Shown: one piece after another, positions 28,903-32,000 of the stretch
Position numbering within the stretch: the first letter of the stretch is position 1
Layout: each line of letters starts with the position of its first letter
Source: Mariprofundaceae bacterium
Lineage (GTDB): Bacteria; Pseudomonadota; Zetaproteobacteria; Mariprofundales; Mariprofundaceae
Direction of reading: 5' to 3'
Length of the DNA: 32,000 bases
Assembly (NCBI GenBank): GCA_050304695.1
Contig: JBNLEB010000021.1
Span: 72,312-104,311, forward strand
Program-made: the position numbers and the translations under genes
Notes under the pieces: generated by a model
What the model was told of the DNA's origin: nothing
The model's database searches: none
The model's input: the letters and a program-made list of their open reading frames with translations, nothing else

Positions 28903-29958
28903 TTATTTTGCACCTAATTCCTTTTCAATTTTAGAATTAATCCCCCATTTTGGTGGATACCAATATTCAATTGGCGAGCAATTCATCCGAAATTTCTGTT
29001 TAATTTTTTTCCGTCCAGAAATCCCAGATATTTCAGGATGAACTACTCGCGAGTATTTATCCACTTCACAAAAAAGGTTTTGTGCATCTATAAGCTGAAG
29101 AGGACGCCCCCAAAGGGTTTGAAAATCTAAACCTAAACGCTCGAACTCCTCATTTTGCCTATCAGCCATAACTTTAATGATATCCGCTTCGTTTAAACCG
29201 CCCAATGAACTAAAACACTTCCTGATCCCATCTCGGGCTCCTGGTCCCGGAACAGTAAATTCCATCTCACTAAAATCCGTCAAATTACTGTAGTTTATAT
29301 CTGTAATGTATTGATATGCTAAAAAATCCCCAATTAAAGGATATGACCTAAACAGCTTGAAACCTTCATACATGCTCTTTGCTTCAACTATTCGAGATGG
29401 TAAATCGTCTTCCATCATCATCACTATAAGCATCAGATGAGCTTGGTGTTTCCTAGCAACATGAAAGTCTTTAGAGCCAGATGCCATCATGTATGCCCCT
29501 GAATATATACTCCTCCCCTTTGCCATAGTTTTCGATAATACTTTGTCATACTTCTTTTGATTGAATTCCGAATAGCGAAGCTCTCCAAATTCATTCTTTA
29601 AAAGCTCCCATGTTTCAATCTTATTGAATAATTTGAATAAAATCGTGCGGAAAAACACTTCTTCAGGCGATTGCTCACCTTTATAGATAACATGTTTAAT
29701 CAAGTACTGGCTGACTCTGTCAGATGCCCTATAAGCATTGGTAAATTTATGCTCAGTTAAAACCGGGTCATCAGTCCAAGGGAGCATCTCATTTGCATAC
29801 CGCCTAAAAAAAACTGCCTGCCGTTCCGCAGCAAACCGCCAATACGTATCAAACACAACTGTGGGCTTCGCTGGTGAAATTGAACTAAAGATAAACGGAG
29901 CCTTTGGTTTTGCCTCCACCGCATTATCTTTTTCCCATAAAATTTTTTGTTTCCTCAT
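28903..29958 (-). CDS. 5-hmdU DNA kinase helical domain / alpha-glutamyl-putrescinyl-thymine pyrophosphorylase-like protein
   Basis: FDTYWRFAAERQAVFFRRYANEMLPWTDDPVLTEHKFTNAYRASDRVSQYLIKHVIYKGEQSPEEVFFRTILFKLFNKIETWELL is the hallmark block of the HMUDK_hel-type family. Confidence 0.8.
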   Translation of the reverse strand: MRKQKILWEKDNAVEAKPKAPFIFSSISPAKPTVVFDTYWRFAAERQAVFFRRYANEMLPWTDDPVLTEHKFTNAYRASDRVSQYLIKHVIYKGEQSPEEVFFRTILFKLFNKIETWELLKNEFGELRYSEFNQKKYDKVLSKTMAKGRSIYSGAYMMASGSKDFHVARKHQAHLMLIVMMMEDDLPSRIVEAKSMYEGFKLFRSYPLIGDFLAYQYITDINYSNLTDFSEMEFTVPGPGARDGIRKCFSSLGGLNEADIIKVMADRQNEEFERLGLDFQTLWGRPLQLIDAQNLFCEVDKYSRVVHPEISGISGRKKIKQKFRMNCSPIEYWYPPKWGINSKIEKELGAK

Positions 29959-30752
29959 ATCTCCCTGGCTTCTTTAGCATTAATATATTCACTGATATCG
30001 GTTGCAAGCCCACTCAACTGCTTGATCGAACGATCTCGTTTTGCAACTGACGCAATACAGGTTACTTGTTCCAGTTTTAGCCCCATATAATGAGCCATAA
30101 ATTGGCCTAAATTGCATAACCCAAGGTAATTTCCGTAAGCTTTTTCAAATTGATATTGCATTGCATAATATCCGGTAACACACAACCCATTCGTGCCCAC
30201 TGGAGTAAAGCTCACCTGATGCAAACATGGAAACCCTAATATAGGTGCATGCGAATGATCCAACGCCGGATCAAAAACGGTTGCTAGAAGGGCACTTCTT
30301 CTATGGTTCTTATGGTATTTATAGGTATCAATCACATGCCGCAATTGGTTGATGCCACCTTCTTTTTCATTTTGCGAACGGAATGATGTTAGCCGTTGAA
30401 AATATGTTCCTGATTTATTTGCTGCAGGCTGCGCTTTTCTCACTCTAGGCCAAATGTTATTAAAGCGTGCAAACATATGTTCACCATCATCATTAATTGA
30501 TTTGTTCCATAGCGATTCAGGAAAAATGGTATGTGAAACTTCACTACAGCTCCGCTTGCCAACTTTTCGAAGCTCATCATCAAGCCTATTCCTTATGAAC
30601 GAATCCTCAACAGCATTTCCTTCTTCAAAATCCCTTATCGTAATAACTGCCGGAGTCAATTCTTCCATTCTTGGCTCCATCATTGCCAGTAATGTCTCCG
30701 CCCAAGCCATGGAGAGATTCTCATGTGTTGTAGTGAAAGCTACTTTCGACAT
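29955..30752 (-). CDS. Divergent thymidylate-synthase-fold protein
   Basis: LGFPCLHQVSFTPVGTNGLCVTGYYAMQYQFEKAYGNYLGLCNLGQFMAHYMGLKLEQVTCIAS resembles the ThyA PCH..F...L....RS.D...G.PFN...Y..L..MMA region. ATG 30752 has a GAGGAAG Shine-Dalgarno; track ORF begins at 30848. Confidence 0.65.
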   Translation of the reverse strand: MSKVAFTTTHENLSMAWAETLLAMMEPRMEELTPAVITIRDFEEGNAVEDSFIRNRLDDELRKVGKRSCSEVSHTIFPESLWNKSINDDGEHMFARFNNIWPRVRKAQPAANKSGTYFQRLTSFRSQNEKEGGINQLRHVIDTYKYHKNHRRSALLATVFDPALDHSHAPILGFPCLHQVSFTPVGTNGLCVTGYYAMQYQFEKAYGNYLGLCNLGQFMAHYMGLKLEQVTCIASVAKRDRSIKQLSGLATDISEYINAKEAREI

Positions 30753-30753
30753 A

Positions 30754-31614
30754 TTACACTTCCTCTTGAAATCTGAATTTTGCTCGCCCTGCAAACCCTT
30801 TACGTGAAACACGGATAAATGCTGACCATCCAGAGGACCTATCTTCAATCCGCCCGATTCCAGGTGTTATCGCTTGAACAACAGACTTATTGTCATACTG
30901 TTCTACAAGCTCTATGTGTGGGCACTCAATTTGGATGTTTGGAGGCAATACACAGTAGTTTGATGTTTCAACATCAATAGCACGGCCACTCCAAGCTTGG
31001 CTGGCTACGATTAAATCCTCCACACACTGCCTACCAAGCAAATTCGAACGTATCTGCCGCGGTGACTTTTTCAGAAATTTGCTCGCTTGACTGCCTGAGA
31101 TAATCCTTAGTGAATACTGCATATGAGTAATTAATGTTGAGTAACCAACACCAAAAAAAGTTGCCACTTCATAAACAACTTCAGATGTACATGACATTGG
31201 ATTAGTGCCACGCAGTTTAAAAGCGTGAATTACAGCCGTTTTAGGCATTAACAAAGCGCTTGCAAAACAATCTGCAGTAAATTCATCAGGTTCAAATTTT
31301 TGCTGGTCCTTTCGCTGATTGACCAACTCATCAAATTTTTCACCATGCCCAAACATATGATGACCTAACTCATGCGCACACGTAAAAGCCTGCCGCCCTT
31401 TCGGACGTAACGAGGAAACTATTATTGTTGGTCGATCACCTAATAGATATATCCCTTCCATAGATGGTATATCAGCTAATCGTAGCTCTACTTCCAATCT
31501 ATCAACCAAATCAAAAACGCAAACAGGCTCAACAGGTGAAAGCCCTAAACCATTTCGTACCTTAAGTGCTTTGGTGATCGCCGCCATGGCCAATGACCTT
31601 CTACTGAGGGTCAT
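30754..31614 (-). CDS. ImmA/IrrE family metallo-endopeptidase
   Basis: AFTCAHELGHHMFGH (HExxH) plus EFTADCFASALLMP. Confidence 0.93.
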   Translation of the reverse strand: MTLSRRSLAMAAITKALKVRNGLGLSPVEPVCVFDLVDRLEVELRLADIPSMEGIYLLGDRPTIIVSSLRPKGRQAFTCAHELGHHMFGHGEKFDELVNQRKDQQKFEPDEFTADCFASALLMPKTAVIHAFKLRGTNPMSCTSEVVYEVATFFGVGYSTLITHMQYSLRIISGSQASKFLKKSPRQIRSNLLGRQCVEDLIVASQAWSGRAIDVETSNYCVLPPNIQIECPHIELVEQYDNKSVVQAITPGIGRIEDRSSGWSAFIRVSRKGFAGRAKFRFQEEV

Positions 31615-31954
31615 TCTTACCTTCTGTTTTCCTCAACATGCTGACAATCGACATGAGACGATCAAGATCTTCGTCTTTCATAGCGCTCAACCTTCTCGCT
31701 GCCATCAATAGTTTATCGTCGCTTGCATCCAAGGCTTCTTCATTTTCTGAAGTCAACCAAGCAACACTGACTCCATACAACTCAGCAAAAGTTGATAACT
31801 CTTCGGCCGAGACTCGTCTTCGTCCCGCCTCAATTTCGGAAACAGTTGGACGATGAATTTTCATTAGCTTTGCGACTTGCCCCTGACTCAACCCAGCCTC
31901 TTCTCTGGCTGATCGGAGCCTGGCAGCAAGTATCGCTCTTTTATTTTCCTGCAT
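31601..31954 (-). CDS. XRE-family helix-turn-helix transcriptional regulator
   Basis: LRSAREEAGLSQGQVAKLMKIHRPTVSEIEAGRRRVSAEELSTFAELYGVSVAWL; overlaps the ImmA-like gene by 14 nt. Confidence 0.95.
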   Translation of the reverse strand: MQENKRAILAARLRSAREEAGLSQGQVAKLMKIHRPTVSEIEAGRRRVSAEELSTFAELYGVSVAWLTSENEEALDASDDKLLMAARRLSAMKDEDLDRLMSIVSMLRKTEGKNDPQ

Positions 31955-32000
31955 TTTTTAAATACCCACAAAGTAGAGATGTTATTTCATCAATTGTGAG

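Overview
Proteobacterial chromosomal window with a conserved housekeeping core flanked by accessory DNA.

Left (1-5.8 kb): a tightly spaced minus-strand set containing an RTX repeat protein that looks 5'-truncated, an LprI-like (lysozyme-inhibitor-type) secreted protein, and a partial protein with a lysozyme-like N-terminus. Next to it are an isolated NTP_transf_8/AbiEii-like nucleotidyltransferase and an orphan hypothetical.

Core (6-27.9 kb): glmS, glmU, atpC-D-G-A-H-F-E-B-I, ahcY, metK, ubiB, ubiJ-like, ubiE, and a divergent class II ribonucleotide reductase locus. The nrdJ gene is interrupted by a LAGLIDADG intein and is followed by a small coupled ORF and an nrdJb-like gene. Non-coding elements not in the ORF track: an S-adenosylhomocysteine riboswitch upstream of ahcY, NrdR-box-like pairs upstream of nrdJ, several terminators, and a family of short palindromes with an ATGGAT/ATCCAT core.

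Right (28-32 kb): the most interesting part, a compact five-gene minus-strand operon. In order of transcription it encodes an XRE regulator, an ImmA/IrrE-type HExxH protein, a divergent thymidylate-synthase-fold protein, a 5-hmdU DNA kinase / alpha-glutamyl-putrescinyl-thymine pyrophosphorylase-like (HMUDK_hel-type) protein, and a MazG-type NTP pyrophosphohydrolase. It looks like a base-hypermodification-related or anti-phage nucleotide module. All family assignments are by eye from protein motifs; no searches were run.
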